The notes: generated by a model not told the origin, from the letters alone. Shown: positions 37,517 to 47,741, counted from the first letter of the stretch. The stretch is DNA of 64,000 nucleotides from Bdellovibrionales bacterium (GCA_050250255.1 JBFWOZ010000001.1:32001-96000); one strand, 5' to 3'. Numbers and translations are program-made.

Positions 37517-38830
37517 ATGACTCATTCTTTGAAGATGGTAATGTTTTTATCTCTCATTTTGAGTGCCCAGCTTAGCTTTGCGACTCCAAACAATTTAGAT
37601 GTCATTCGTCCAGAAAAAACATCCACTACGCACCAAATGGGTGGTTTGCGTTGGAGCCCAACGAATTTTAAGGGTCAAGGGCGGGCCCTCGGATATCGCG
37701 CACAAGAATTCGCGATGACTCCCGATCTTAAAGAGCGGGTCGATTTCTGGATTGATATTTATTCTAAGTACACTTCTTCTTACGGAATCATTCATGATCG
37801 TACGAACTTGAACATTGTTTATGCGGTGATTGATTTTTCTCCTATTATTTCGAACTCATCTTTAACACTTTCTCGGGTAGAGCGAGCAAAAACAGCCGCA
37901 GTGAAAAGAAAGCGTGAAGAAATTTATGGTCGTTTAAGTCGTCTGAAGTCTGTGCGAAGCAGTGATTCTCTTGATGGAGAAGATTTGCGCATCTGGAATA
38001 TGTTTCCAGCAGCCACAAGACGACGGGATCTGGCTGTTGCTGCGAATAAAGAGGCAATACGATTTCAATTAGGTCAAAAAGATTTTTTTAAAAAAGGAAT
38101 TTACTATTCTGGCCGCTATCTAAGACAGATGGAAAGTATCTTCCGCAAAGAAGGCTTACCTATTGAGCTCACACGTCTACCTTTTGTGGAAAGTTCATTT
38201 AATATTTATGCTCAATCTAAAGTGGGTGCGAGTGGTATTTGGCAATTTATGCGAGGGACTGGTAAGAGCTATTTAAAAATCAATTCACAGGTGGATGAGC
38301 GTAATGATCCTCTCTCTGCGAGCAGAGCCGCTGCGAAACTTTTAAGAAGTAACTATAGAGTATTAAGAAGTTGGCCGCTTGCGATTACGGCATATAACCA
38401 TGGTCCGACGGGCACGAAGCGACTAGTGCAGAAGTATAGAACTCGTAGAATGTCGGAGCTTATTGACCGCGCTGAGGGTGGAAGCTTTGGTTTTGCATCA
38501 AAAAACTTTTACGCATGTTTTTTAGCCGCACTCGAGGTGGAAGCGAATGCCAATAAATATTTTGGCCCTCTCGAAGTCGCTCAAGAAGTGGCATTTGAAA
38601 CTTACGTGTTATCTAAGCAGGCAAGCTATAAACTTTTACTGAATGTTTTTGGTTACGATACGAGACGAGCGGAGCTGTTAAATCCTCATTTTACTGCTGC
38701 CGTCAAGCGTGGTCGTATGCTGATGCCTAAGGGCAGTAAGGTTCGCATTCCACCAAGTAAGTCCAGGCAGTTTGTGTCTTTATTATCTCCCAATTCTCCA
38801 AAACGAAATGTGACAAGCTACATCGATTAG
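37517..38830 (+). CDS. Lytic transglycosylase (MltD-like)
   Basis: LPFVESSF, GASGIWQFM, DERNDP, WPLAITAYNHG. Confidence 0.92.
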   Translation: MTHSLKMVMFLSLILSAQLSFATPNNLDVIRPEKTSTTHQMGGLRWSPTNFKGQGRALGYRAQEFAMTPDLKERVDFWIDIYSKYTSSYGIIHDRTNLNIVYAVIDFSPIISNSSLTLSRVERAKTAAVKRKREEIYGRLSRLKSVRSSDSLDGEDLRIWNMFPAATRRRDLAVAANKEAIRFQLGQKDFFKKGIYYSGRYLRQMESIFRKEGLPIELTRLPFVESSFNIYAQSKVGASGIWQFMRGTGKSYLKINSQVDERNDPLSASRAAAKLLRSNYRVLRSWPLAITAYNHGPTGTKRLVQKYRTRRMSELIDRAEGGSFGFASKNFYACFLAALEVEANANKYFGPLEVAQEVAFETYVLSKQASYKLLLNVFGYDTRRAELLNPHFTAAVKRGRMLMPKGSKVRIPPSKSRQFVSLLSPNSPKRNVTSYID

Positions 38831-38839
38831 CGTTCACAA

Positions 38840-38865
38840 AAAGTAACGCCACCAAAAGGGTGGCG
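38840..38865 (-). terminator. Putative terminator between convergent genes
   Basis: CGCCACC-N5-GGTGGCG hairpin with T-rich tail on minus strand. Confidence 0.55.
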
Positions 38866-38893
38866 CAGATCAGTTCAAATGAAAAAGTAAAAA

Positions 38894-40129
38894 CTAGCGA
38901 ACGATTGAGGAGTGAAGCCCATAATTGGCTCGGCCACCATCGATCACGCGATAAGGATTGTCGGCAAGCTCGATCATGTACAAACACGGCTTCAAGTTTT
39001 TATTGAAGACAACTGGGATCTTCGCTTGGCCCGGGTAGAAGCCATCTGTCCCAAATGCAGATTTAGGATCCATTTCGAAAGTGAACGAAATCATTTTCAA
39101 TTCTGCGTAGGCCCAATCGGTTGTATCGCCACTTGCTGTGTACAAATCGGAAGACTGCTCTGGTGTGTAGCCATTCCACTGTGCCATTGTTTCGGCCATT
39201 GTCTTATGCACTTGTAAGTCGCGAGCATTTTCGAGCGGAGAATACGTCCAACCCCAAGGGTACAAAATCAATTCCGAGAACGTGTGAAAAGAAACCTGAA
39301 TCGTCACATTCGTTTTTCTTTCTAAAAACGTTTTGATCGCCATTGTTTCAGGCTCGCTAAATGGGGCCGTGCCTTTGTAAACATCGCTACGTGGGTTAGA
39401 ACTAGTCCCGGTAGTCCCCCATTGGTAGCTGTAGTTACGATTGAGGTCGACACCGAAGCTGCCATCACCATTGTTACGTCGATTTTTTCTCCATGCTTTA
39501 TAATTTCCACCCACGATATCCCATTCAATTCCATCTGGATTTACCAGCGGAACGATGTTGATCTCACGGCCTCTCACAAGTCTCTGAACCTCAGGATTTC
39601 CATTTTTAAATTCACTCACAAGATATTGAGCAAGCATAAGAGGAAATTCTGTCGAGAGATGTTCTCTCGCATGGTGAGTTCCAACGATAGAAATGCCGGG
39701 CTTTCTCTCGCTATTTGGGAGATCTGTAGAAATTCGGATGTTGATAATATCCCGACCTTCAATAGATTTTCCAATCACTTCGTAAGCCACGATGTCGGGC
39801 GCGTCTGTTTGAAGCTTTTTAAGAGCGGTCACAAGTTCGTTGTAATCATGAAACTGTGAATCCCGATCAGGGAAGTCCATCGTTTGATGGTCATAGACGA
39901 AACTTGTATCTAACATTTTGGTGGCTCTCACAAGCTCCAATTCAATATCGCCTCCAAAAGCGATCACGTAATCGTCTTTTACGACTTCAATCACGGCGCC
40001 AGTGTTAGCAATTGCGGAGCGTTCATACTTGTTGGTGGCTTTGATTTTCATCCAATAAGTTTTATCCTCAGTGGCAAATGCCTGAAGAGCTGAGAGGCTC
40101 AGGGCGGCAAGCAAAAATATCCATTTCAT
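38894..40129 (-). CDS. M14 zinc carboxypeptidase (carboxypeptidase T-like), secreted
   Basis: HHAREH, WRKNR, GVDLNRNY, FSEPET, SFHTFSE. Confidence 0.93.
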   Translation of the reverse strand: MKWIFLLAALSLSALQAFATEDKTYWMKIKATNKYERSAIANTGAVIEVVKDDYVIAFGGDIELELVRATKMLDTSFVYDHQTMDFPDRDSQFHDYNELVTALKKLQTDAPDIVAYEVIGKSIEGRDIINIRISTDLPNSERKPGISIVGTHHAREHLSTEFPLMLAQYLVSEFKNGNPEVQRLVRGREINIVPLVNPDGIEWDIVGGNYKAWRKNRRNNGDGSFGVDLNRNYSYQWGTTGTSSNPRSDVYKGTAPFSEPETMAIKTFLERKTNVTIQVSFHTFSELILYPWGWTYSPLENARDLQVHKTMAETMAQWNGYTPEQSSDLYTASGDTTDWAYAELKMISFTFEMDPKSAFGTDGFYPGQAKIPVVFNKNLKPCLYMIELADNPYRVIDGGRANYGLHSSIVR

Positions 40130-40259
40130 AATCCCTCCTTGGTCATGGGTCATACTAAGCCTAAAGTCTAAGTCTTCCAAGAGGCTATCCATGTATGGAC
40201 TTAGGTCTGGATAAAAAGAGTGACATCAAGCAGAATTGGCGGCATGAAATGGTATCAAA

Positions 40260-41069
40260 ATGGATAAGTTAAATCTTAATGAACAGCAGATGAAAATTGC
40301 CGAACAAATGCTTGCCGCTTGTCAGCAGATGGACGCACGGGGCTTTGTGGCGAACCACGATGGCAACCTTAGTCATCGTTTGGAACAAAATCTCTATTTG
40401 GTTACACCCACGGCTTTTGCAAAAAGGTCGATCACAAAAGAGGACCTCCTTCTCATCGATGATTCTGGAAAAGTTTTAAAAGGTCAGCACAAAGTATTTT
40501 CCGAATGGAAATGGCATCAGGCGATTTACAAAGCAAACCCTCAGGTGAATTCGGTTTGTCATGCCCATCCTCCTTATTCCATGGCGTGGGGACTCACCGG
40601 AAAAGATTTTGGTTTTTCTGCAATCCCTGAATCTCTTGTGAGTTTAGGTGGGCCTCTTCAGCTCGTGCCACTACCCTCACCACTGACTCCATCACCAGAG
40701 ATCGAACGGGAAGTAAGAGTTGCGCTCGATACAAGTTATGCTTTTTTGGTTCAAGGAAATGGAGTTTTTGCGGTAGGGGATCATCCAGAAATGTCTTATC
40801 TACGTGTTGAGTTAGTAGAACAAATTGTACGAGCCCATTTTTTAGCACGTGAAATCGGTTCTATTAAAAATTTGCCTTCAGAGTTGGTTCAGGAATTAAT
40901 TCAAAAGCGTCCGCCCTTGAAACCTGAGTGGCAAGAATTGAAAAAGTTCGAACCGAGTGTCCCAGTTCCCGTGCCAGAAATAAAACCCACTTCTTCTGCG
41001 ATCACGGTAGAAGAAATTAAATCAGTGATTCGTCGTGAGATTGAATCACTTCTTCAGACTCAAAAGTAA
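40260..41069 (+). CDS. Class II aldolase/adducin-family protein
   Basis: DGNLS, VTPT, SEWKWHQAIY, HAHPPY. Confidence 0.88.
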   Translation: MDKLNLNEQQMKIAEQMLAACQQMDARGFVANHDGNLSHRLEQNLYLVTPTAFAKRSITKEDLLLIDDSGKVLKGQHKVFSEWKWHQAIYKANPQVNSVCHAHPPYSMAWGLTGKDFGFSAIPESLVSLGGPLQLVPLPSPLTPSPEIEREVRVALDTSYAFLVQGNGVFAVGDHPEMSYLRVELVEQIVRAHFLAREIGSIKNLPSELVQELIQKRPPLKPEWQELKKFEPSVPVPVPEIKPTSSAITVEEIKSVIRREIESLLQTQK

Positions 41070-41528
41070 TTCTGACATTTTTTTGGAAATCAGTTCGGCT
41101 TCTTTAGTGGGGACGGGAGTCCACATTTCCACTTTTACCACTTGCGGATTAAAAGGATCCACTTGAGTGACTGTGCGTGTATCAATGCACGAATTCTGTT
41201 CTTTCATGTAGGTGTGATTCTTCTCAAGGCAAATGGAATAACACTGAGCATTCTGAGGGTTCATGCCGAGGAGGCGAGATCCATAAGTCAGTGCGCGTGG
41301 AGAAACATCATGAGTGGAGTAAGTGTAGGCCCCACAAGGTTTTTCTTTGAGCCCAATCGCTTTAGCCGCGCGATCAACCTTTTTGAGATTGGAGTTTCGT
41401 TGCTCCTCGATGCTCAGATTCATGCTTCCTCGAGCTGCTTTTAATTCCACTTCGTCGATATGACGTAATGGTATGGTGTCGCAGGCTGCAAGAAAAAGAA
41501 GAGTAAGTATAAGAACGTTTAAGCGCAT
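41046..41528 (-). CDS. Hypothetical lipoprotein
   Basis: Lipobox LAAC. Confidence 0.7.
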   Translation of the reverse strand: MRLNVLILTLLFLAACDTIPLRHIDEVELKAARGSMNLSIEEQRNSNLKKVDRAAKAIGLKEKPCGAYTYSTHDVSPRALTYGSRLLGMNPQNAQCYSICLEKNHTYMKEQNSCIDTRTVTQVDPFNPQVVKVEMWTPVPTKEAELISKKMSELLLSLKK

Positions 41529-41551
41529 AAATCTAGGCTACACCTTGAAAT

Positions 41552-41582
41552 AAAAAAGCCAACCTTTTTCGGGTTGGCTTTT
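41552..41582 (-). terminator. Rho-independent terminator
   Basis: GCCAACC stem flanked by A/T runs, downstream of ORF 41609-42238. Confidence 0.8.
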
Positions 41583-41608
41583 CGGTTTTCATATTTGTAA
41601 CTCATGTA

Positions 41609-42238
41609 TTAAGGAGCTGAGCAGGTACGTGCTAAATCATCAACACGACGCTTTGTGTATCCGAGATCCTGATCCACTTTTACAACGGTACGCTCAACAA
41701 ATTGAGTTTCGCGGCCTACAAGGTTTGCTTCCGCATCAATTTGATCAGCAATACGAACAGTGTCTCCACCTTGGCGTAAACGATTGTTGATAGAAGTCAC
41801 TTGGTTCTTCAGTTGGTCAGCACCAGACATGGCAGAATCAGCACTTCTTTCAGCGGGACCGAGATTGTTTGCAACAATGTTATTCACGATGGCGCGCACG
41901 CCTTCAGAGGTATCACTGCGATTGTTAATATCGTTTAAGAGACTGCGAATGTTGTACATCGCTTGTCGAGAAGAGAGAACTTGGCCTCGAATGGTATCAA
42001 TGTTGGGATGTAACTCACGAGTTAAATCGATGGCCTGTCCACTGCGGAGACCATAAGTGAGTCGCAAAATGCGATTTGCAGTTTGGGCAGCATTGGCGCT
42101 AGATCTTTGGGCATCTAGGAGCAAGCGTGAGTCAGCATCGAGACCTCGATTGATTTCTGCAGCTTGATTGTAGCAGGACTGCTGAGCGGAAGCGTTGAGA
42201 CTTACGAACGTAACTAAAGCAAGTATGTAACCTTTCAT
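41609..42238 (-). CDS. Secreted alpha-helical hypothetical protein
   Basis: Signal peptide ASA, heptad pattern, terminal Cys pair, GGGGG SD. Confidence 0.75.
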   Translation of the reverse strand: MKGYILALVTFVSLNASAQQSCYNQAAEINRGLDADSRLLLDAQRSSANAAQTANRILRLTYGLRSGQAIDLTRELHPNIDTIRGQVLSSRQAMYNIRSLLNDINNRSDTSEGVRAIVNNIVANNLGPAERSADSAMSGADQLKNQVTSINNRLRQGGDTVRIADQIDAEANLVGRETQFVERTVVKVDQDLGYTKRRVDDLARTCSAP

Positions 42239-42366
42239 GATTCCCCCTTTTAAGTGGTGCGTATTATCCTTTTACATCCACATCATACTGTCAAATAGCA
42301 AGACCTAGGCCACGGCACTTGGAGTCGCATTGGGACTGGACCAACGTTTGGGTTTTGGAAAACCCA

Positions 42367-42394
42367 TCAAGTTTCACCCCTATACAGTCGATAT
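42367..42394 (+). promoter_or_regulatory. Putative sigma28-type promoter
   Basis: TCAA-N16-GTCGATAT just before ATG 42402. Confidence 0.45.
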
Positions 42395-42401
42395 TTTGAT
42401 T

Positions 42402-43697
42402 ATGGAAAATCAAAATAAAGAGACACAGACATCTTTTTTTCATCAACTTCAGGATTTTTTAGTAGTGCCGTTTCAGGCATGGCGTCGAACTGTATTTTTT
42501 GAGTTCGGTGCTAACAGCAGTTTGATCGGAGTCGCAATCTCCTCGTTATTCATTGCTGTTATGATTGGAGCTACAGGCTTACTTCAATATGTCGGCGGCT
42601 TATCAGCGGTCTTTTCACGAGTGCATTGGTTAGATCTCGTGGCGCTAAAAAGAATTGATGATTCTTTGCAAGGGCCAGTAGGTTCTTTTTTAAGTGCTCT
42701 CGCCATCTTTAGTTTTATTTTTGGAAGCTTCGGAGTTTTGAGGCTTATTGAATCTGTATTTGATCAACAGTGGGGCAAAATTACGGTTTCCAAATTTGCT
42801 CAACGAATACCTACTTATTGGATGACATTAACGATCGTACCAAGTTTTCTTGGAACGAGCATTATCTGGGCCTTATATCTTCAACTTTCTCCACAAACGG
42901 CACCCTTCTCAGAAGGGGTAAAAATTGGAAGTATCTTCGGACAATTTGTACTCTCGGCTTTTGCGTTAACGGCCTGTTATAAAATCATTAATCATCCTAT
43001 GGTGGCATATCGTTCTGCTTTTGTAGGCGGATTCTGGGCGGCGCTCTGCTTTGAAATTGTAAAAACGGCTCTTGTAGCTACAAGCACTTTAGAGATGAAC
43101 TTTAGCTCTCCCGTTGGCACTTTTTTCGTCTATGCGATTTTCTTATGTATTGGTTTTGTTTTTGTTTCTGCGGGTTTGGTTTTTGGAAATCATATTGCTT
43201 ACACAGATCAATACCGTTCTATCTTAGAAAAAATTTATATTCCTCACCAAAAAACAGAGCAGCGACCGACTCGCGAAATTGCGCTTGCAGCTTTGATCGA
43301 AATGACACGTCGATTTTATATCAAGAGCGATGGGGAACAGGCTCTGGGAATTGATCCTTTAGAAATCGCAAGTCTCGCTCGTACCACCCCTCAACGGGGT
43401 AAAAACGTTATTCGACTTTTAGAAAACGTGGGTCTTGTTAAAATTATTCAAGATAACGTTCGTGAAATCGCCGTTTTAAAAATTCATCCCGAGAGCCTAA
43501 GCCTCGACGAATTTTTGGCACGACTAGAGCAACGAATGCCAGCCTCAGGATTAAACGTGCCGTCACCGTTACCAGATGCTTCTAATACTTGGTTTTGGCA
43601 AGAGTATGAGCGTGCTTTAAAAGATCGCTTCGGAAGTCTTTCCCTCAAAGATCTTGCTGAGCTCAGCATGATTATGAAGCAGAAACAATCCGCTTAA
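42402..43697 (+). CDS. YihY/BrkB-like membrane protein with C-terminal winged-helix-like domain
   Basis: IESVFDQQW, YWMTLTIVP, SAFVGGFWAALCFE pattern; about 6 TM. Confidence 0.7.
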   Translation: MENQNKETQTSFFHQLQDFLVVPFQAWRRTVFFEFGANSSLIGVAISSLFIAVMIGATGLLQYVGGLSAVFSRVHWLDLVALKRIDDSLQGPVGSFLSALAIFSFIFGSFGVLRLIESVFDQQWGKITVSKFAQRIPTYWMTLTIVPSFLGTSIIWALYLQLSPQTAPFSEGVKIGSIFGQFVLSAFALTACYKIINHPMVAYRSAFVGGFWAALCFEIVKTALVATSTLEMNFSSPVGTFFVYAIFLCIGFVFVSAGLVFGNHIAYTDQYRSILEKIYIPHQKTEQRPTREIALAALIEMTRRFYIKSDGEQALGIDPLEIASLARTTPQRGKNVIRLLENVGLVKIIQDNVREIAVLKIHPESLSLDEFLARLEQRMPASGLNVPSPLPDASNTWFWQEYERALKDRFGSLSLKDLAELSMIMKQKQSA

Positions 43698-45040
43698 CGC
43701 GAGACCCAAGATTCCATTGCTGATTGAGCGCTCTTAATTTGGAGCGCTTTTTTTTCATCTTTAGGTAATTTTTGAGGAACTCCAGGAAAAAGCCCAAAAT
43801 TAATATTCGTTGGTTGAAAGTGTTCTTTTTCCGAGGTGATGGCTTCAAGCAAACTGCCAAGAGCACTTGCACGAGGTGGAGGCGAAAAAGATTGATCCGA
43901 GATTTTCTGTTCCAGAAACTGTGCGACCAACAAGCCAATGCAAGTGGACTCAAAATAACCTTCCACACCCGTGATTTGTCCTGCAAAAAAGAGGAGAGGA
44001 TCATGTTTGCTAGAAAGATCTTTGTTTAAAAGTTTTGGCGAATGAAGAAAGAGATTGCGATGAATGCTTCCTAACTTTAAGAACTCGGCATTCTCAAGAC
44101 CGGGAATGGTTCGAAAAATTCTGACCTGCTCACCGTAAGCCATTTTGGTTTGAAAGCCGACCATGTTGTAAGACGTCGCTTCTTTATTTTCTTGTCTCAA
44201 CTGTACAACGGCGTAGGGCTCTCGGCCGGTACGAGGATTTTTTAAACCTTTTGGTTTCATAGGACCAAAAGAAAGAGTTTTATCTCCACGATCCACTAAT
44301 TCTTCAATGGGCATACAAGATTCAAAGTAGGGAGTTTTACTTAACTCCTCCTTCTCAAATTCTTTAGCCTCCACTTTTCGTGCACTTTTAATTTCCTCGA
44401 TAAATTGGTAATACTGTTCTTTATCGAGAGGGCAGTTGAGATAATCAGGAGTGCCTTTATCGTAACGATCCGCTCGCCAAGCAATTTCGGTGTTGATGGA
44501 GTCGGCATCAATAATTGGTGCGATGGCATCGAAGAAATAAAGAAATTCATTTCCAAAATGTTTTTTTAGGTCTTGCGAGAGGGGTTCATGCGTGAGTGGA
44601 CCTGTGGCCACCACGCAAGGACGAGGAACTTCCTCGAGAGAGGTAATAGGTTTACGAATCAGTTGAACATTAGGATGATTCTCAATGAGTTTTGTCACGG
44701 CTTTCGCAAAAACAACACGATCTAATCCTAGAGCTTGTCCTGCGGGAACTTGAGCTTCAAAAGCGCACTTCAGAATGAAGGAGTTGAGTTGCTGAGCCTC
44801 CCATTTGAGCTGTCCTGGTGCGGAAATCGGGGAGAGGGATCCAAAAGAATTTGAGCAGACAATTTCAGCGCATTGATCTGTTTTATGCGCTGCTGTCATA
44901 ACCTCTCCGCGCATTTCATAGAGATCCACTTGAAAACCCTTATGGGCTAACTGAAGCGCACACTCGCTCCCTGCGAGACCTGCACCCACTACAGAGATGC
45001 GTTTTTTGAATTTCTGGTTTACTTGATCCGTAGTGCTCAT
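43694..45040 (-). CDS. trmFO: tRNA m5U54 methyltransferase, folate/FAD-dependent
   Basis: GAGLAGSE, EIVCSNS, FFDAIAPI, YLNCPL, FGPMKPKGL, AGQITGVEGY. Confidence 0.97.
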   Translation of the reverse strand: MSTTDQVNQKFKKRISVVGAGLAGSECALQLAHKGFQVDLYEMRGEVMTAAHKTDQCAEIVCSNSFGSLSPISAPGQLKWEAQQLNSFILKCAFEAQVPAGQALGLDRVVFAKAVTKLIENHPNVQLIRKPITSLEEVPRPCVVATGPLTHEPLSQDLKKHFGNEFLYFFDAIAPIIDADSINTEIAWRADRYDKGTPDYLNCPLDKEQYYQFIEEIKSARKVEAKEFEKEELSKTPYFESCMPIEELVDRGDKTLSFGPMKPKGLKNPRTGREPYAVVQLRQENKEATSYNMVGFQTKMAYGEQVRIFRTIPGLENAEFLKLGSIHRNLFLHSPKLLNKDLSSKHDPLLFFAGQITGVEGYFESTCIGLLVAQFLEQKISDQSFSPPPRASALGSLLEAITSEKEHFQPTNINFGLFPGVPQKLPKDEKKALQIKSAQSAMESWVSR

Positions 45041-45074
45041 GGTATATCAAGGCTCCATTGTCTAAGGGGAGTAA

Positions 45075-45452
45075 GTGTTGAAAACCGCAGAGGAAGTCCT
45101 ACAAAGTCTTTTGCAGAATGGCAAGTCGCCTCTGGCCGATCAGTTTTTACGATGGAAACTTTGGAAAGACTGGGAAAAGGTGGTTGGTCCATCTCTTGGT
45201 CGTCAATCTCAGCCTGTGGCTTATCAAAAGGGAATGCTTTACGTTTGGGTCAAAAGCTCGGCTTGGATGCAGGAGATGACTTATCACGTGAAGACACTCA
45301 AAACGCGTATTAACGAGCATGTGAAAAAGCCGTGGGTACGAGAGATTCGTTTTACGTTAGATCGCAGGTCAGTGCCAAATGTTGAAGAAGTTCCAGAGGA
45401 TTTAAAGGAGTTCCTTTCCAAGAAACCTCCCAATGCAGATGAGGCGCCGTAG
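45075..45452 (+). CDS. DUF721/DciA-family protein
   Basis: WEKVVG..P..LYVWVKSSAWMQEM..IRF. Confidence 0.8.
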   Translation: MLKTAEEVLQSLLQNGKSPLADQFLRWKLWKDWEKVVGPSLGRQSQPVAYQKGMLYVWVKSSAWMQEMTYHVKTLKTRINEHVKKPWVREIRFTLDRRSVPNVEEVPEDLKEFLSKKPPNADEAP

Positions 45453-46260
45453 AGCGACCCGTGTTTCCTGATATACCGATCACTTGATCTTTTTGCACTT
45501 CCTCATGTTCCTTTACCAAAATTTGATTCAAATGCGCCAGCTTGGTGTGAATTCCACTGCCATGATAGATGACGACCGTTTTTCCGGTGAGAGACATTTC
45601 CTCTACAAAGACGATTCGCCCATTTTGGGGCGCATGCACGAGCGTGCCGGTCGCGGCCCGCAAATCAACTCCCATATGGTAGTAACGATCATTATTGGGA
45701 AGAGTGCGTGGAGTTGCAAAGTGGGACGTCACGCGAGAATTGATAGGTTTTTTCCAACAACCTTTTAAAATTCCGTCTGTGAGTTGGTAAGTTTTTTCGA
45801 GCCGTAACGCTTTTATTTTTTCTGAGTCGACGTCTGCTTGCGCTAATAGACGCTGCACCTTCTCGGGCAGTTCAATATGTTCTAAAGCGCGAATGGAAGT
45901 CGAAACCTCAAGGGTAGTCCATGCCCATTCTATCGTCGGCCAAAATCCTCTTTTTGAATTTCCGAGAAAGGCAAAGCTGACTTTATTATGAGGTGAGAAG
46001 GGAATAGCTCCGATCCAAGACTGACTTTGAAAAGGCAGCAGGCGTTGTCCTTGAAGAGAGATGCCCTTTACCGTTTGAGACATCGGCAGCGAAACAAAAT
46101 CACCTGCTGAATACTTTTTGATAATAGGTACGAGCGTATTTGTGTATTGAAAATGGACCGTCGGGATACTGAAGAAAAAAAACACGACGGGAGTGAGCGC
46201 CACTGTGTAGGGGCTCTTATAAGAATTCCACAATGACTTCCATATCATTGTCCCATTCAA
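45352..46260 (-). CDS. M23 metallopeptidase
   Basis: HMGVD (HxxxD), AHL, GNTGRSTAPHLHWE. Confidence 0.9.
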   Translation of the reverse strand: MNGTMIWKSLWNSYKSPYTVALTPVVFFFFSIPTVHFQYTNTLVPIIKKYSAGDFVSLPMSQTVKGISLQGQRLLPFQSQSWIGAIPFSPHNKVSFAFLGNSKRGFWPTIEWAWTTLEVSTSIRALEHIELPEKVQRLLAQADVDSEKIKALRLEKTYQLTDGILKGCWKKPINSRVTSHFATPRTLPNNDRYYHMGVDLRAATGTLVHAPQNGRIVFVEEMSLTGKTVVIYHGSGIHTKLAHLNQILVKEHEEVQKDQVIGISGNTGRSTAPHLHWEVSWKGTPLNPLELLQHLALTCDLT

Positions 46261-46266
46261 ATGCGA

Positions 46267-47010
46267 TCACTCTTTCTTAGACTGGATCGTTTCTCTGATA
46301 ACATTTTTGATGTTCTTATCTTGGCTACCGCCGACGAAACGCTTTAATCCTTCGTAGATAGAGCGGTCATTAATAAGAGCACCAAGGCTTCCTGTTCCGT
46401 TATCAATTTTTTCTACAACACTCGTGAGGTTTTTCGTGAGAACTTTAAAGCTCTCGCTCGATGCTGTAAGGTTTGCCATCAGCACTCGACTTCTTCCCTC
46501 ACCATTTATATTTTGCATCAGAACGTGCATTTCATCGATAATTTTAAAGGCTTTCTGCAGTTTATCTCCGCTTTCGGCTAGTGTCTCAAGGATGCCACCC
46601 TTCCCTTCGGACTTTAAATACCCGTTATGAGGGAGAGGCGGATTCGTTGCACTTCCCGGGATAATATAGATGTATTTATCTCCGAGCGCTCCTTGTGTTC
46701 TGACATCGGCCATGGATCCTTCGGTGATTTGTTTTTGATAGCGTTGATCAATTTCCATAGTTAACTCTACAAGGTTGACTCCTTGCTCTTGAATGATCGC
46801 AATATCCGTGACGTTTCCTACTTTTATTCCAAGAATGTTCACCACGCTGCCAGTGCCAAGACCTTGGACCTGTTCTAACTTTACTTTCAAGTTATACTTC
46901 GTAATAAAGAGACCATCGCCGCCGAGCATGAGGACGGAGACGACAAAAAGGAGGAGGGCACCGCTGACCAAGAGTCCAACTTTAAACTGTAATTTTCTTG
47001 CTGGTTCCAT
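46267..47010 (-). CDS. MCE/MlaD-family protein
   Basis: GLGTGSVV..GIKVGNV, GALGDKYI. Confidence 0.9.
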   Translation of the reverse strand: MEPARKLQFKVGLLVSGALLLFVVSVLMLGGDGLFITKYNLKVKLEQVQGLGTGSVVNILGIKVGNVTDIAIIQEQGVNLVELTMEIDQRYQKQITEGSMADVRTQGALGDKYIYIIPGSATNPPLPHNGYLKSEGKGGILETLAESGDKLQKAFKIIDEMHVLMQNINGEGRSRVLMANLTASSESFKVLTKNLTSVVEKIDNGTGSLGALINDRSIYEGLKRFVGGSQDKNIKNVIRETIQSKKE

Positions 47011-47741
47011 TAGGGTTCTTCTCCCTGAATAAATTCGTGAATAAGTCCACTTTCATTTTTATCGAGTTCTTCTCGTGTGCCGGATGCGGCAATTCGGCCA
47101 TGCTTCAGCATGGCGATGCGGTCACAAACCGCAAAAGCACTTGGCATGTCGTGAGTGACAAGAATCGAAGTCACTCCTTTTGCCTTCAGTCTTAAAATCA
47201 TGTCTTGAATACGTTTTGTATTATAAGGATCGAGTCCCGCCGTAGGTTCATCGTAAAGAACCACTTTGGGTTTGATAATAATCGCCCGCGCAAGGCCTAA
47301 ACGTTTTTGCATTCCGCCTGATAAATTGGCAGGATAAATTTGCTCGTTTCCTTGTAAGCCGAACTCTGCAAGCTGCTCTTTTATTTTCTTTTCAATTTCG
47401 GCTTCAGAATCATTCGTATGTTCTCTTAATGGGTAGGCCAGATTTTCATAAACCGTCATAGAGTCAAACAGAGCGCCACCTTGGAAAACGTATGCCACTT
47501 CTTTTCGAACTGCGACGAGGTCATCTTCGTTCATAATGTCGACACGTTCACCATTAACAAAAATTTCACCGCCGTCAGGTCTTTCGAGTCCGATAAGACT
47601 TCGAAGGAGAACGCTTTTTCCAGTGCCAGAACCTCCGAGAAGACCCAAACATTCGCCCTGCTTAACCGTAAAGCTCACGCCACGGTGTACGGCTTTTGAG
47701 CCGAAGCTCTTATAAAAATCTTTTACTTCTATGATGTCCAT
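47010..47741 (-). CDS. ABC ATPase, MlaF-like
   Basis: GGSGTGKS, FQGGALFDSMTV, LSGGMQKR, YDEPTAGLDP. Confidence 0.92.
   Translation of the reverse strand: MDIIEVKDFYKSFGSKAVHRGVSFTVKQGECLGLLGGSGTGKSVLLRSLIGLERPDGGEIFVNGERVDIMNEDDLVAVRKEVAYVFQGGALFDSMTVYENLAYPLREHTNDSEAEIEKKIKEQLAEFGLQGNEQIYPANLSGGMQKRLGLARAIIIKPKVVLYDEPTAGLDPYNTKRIQDMILRLKAKGVTSILVTHDMPSAFAVCDRIAMLKHGRIAASGTREELDKNESGLIHEFIQGEEP

Noticed and set aside
36111..40129. dacB, transglycosylase and carboxypeptidase as a novel predation cluster
   Set aside because: All are ordinary, well-known families; sequence alone gives no evidence for a new system
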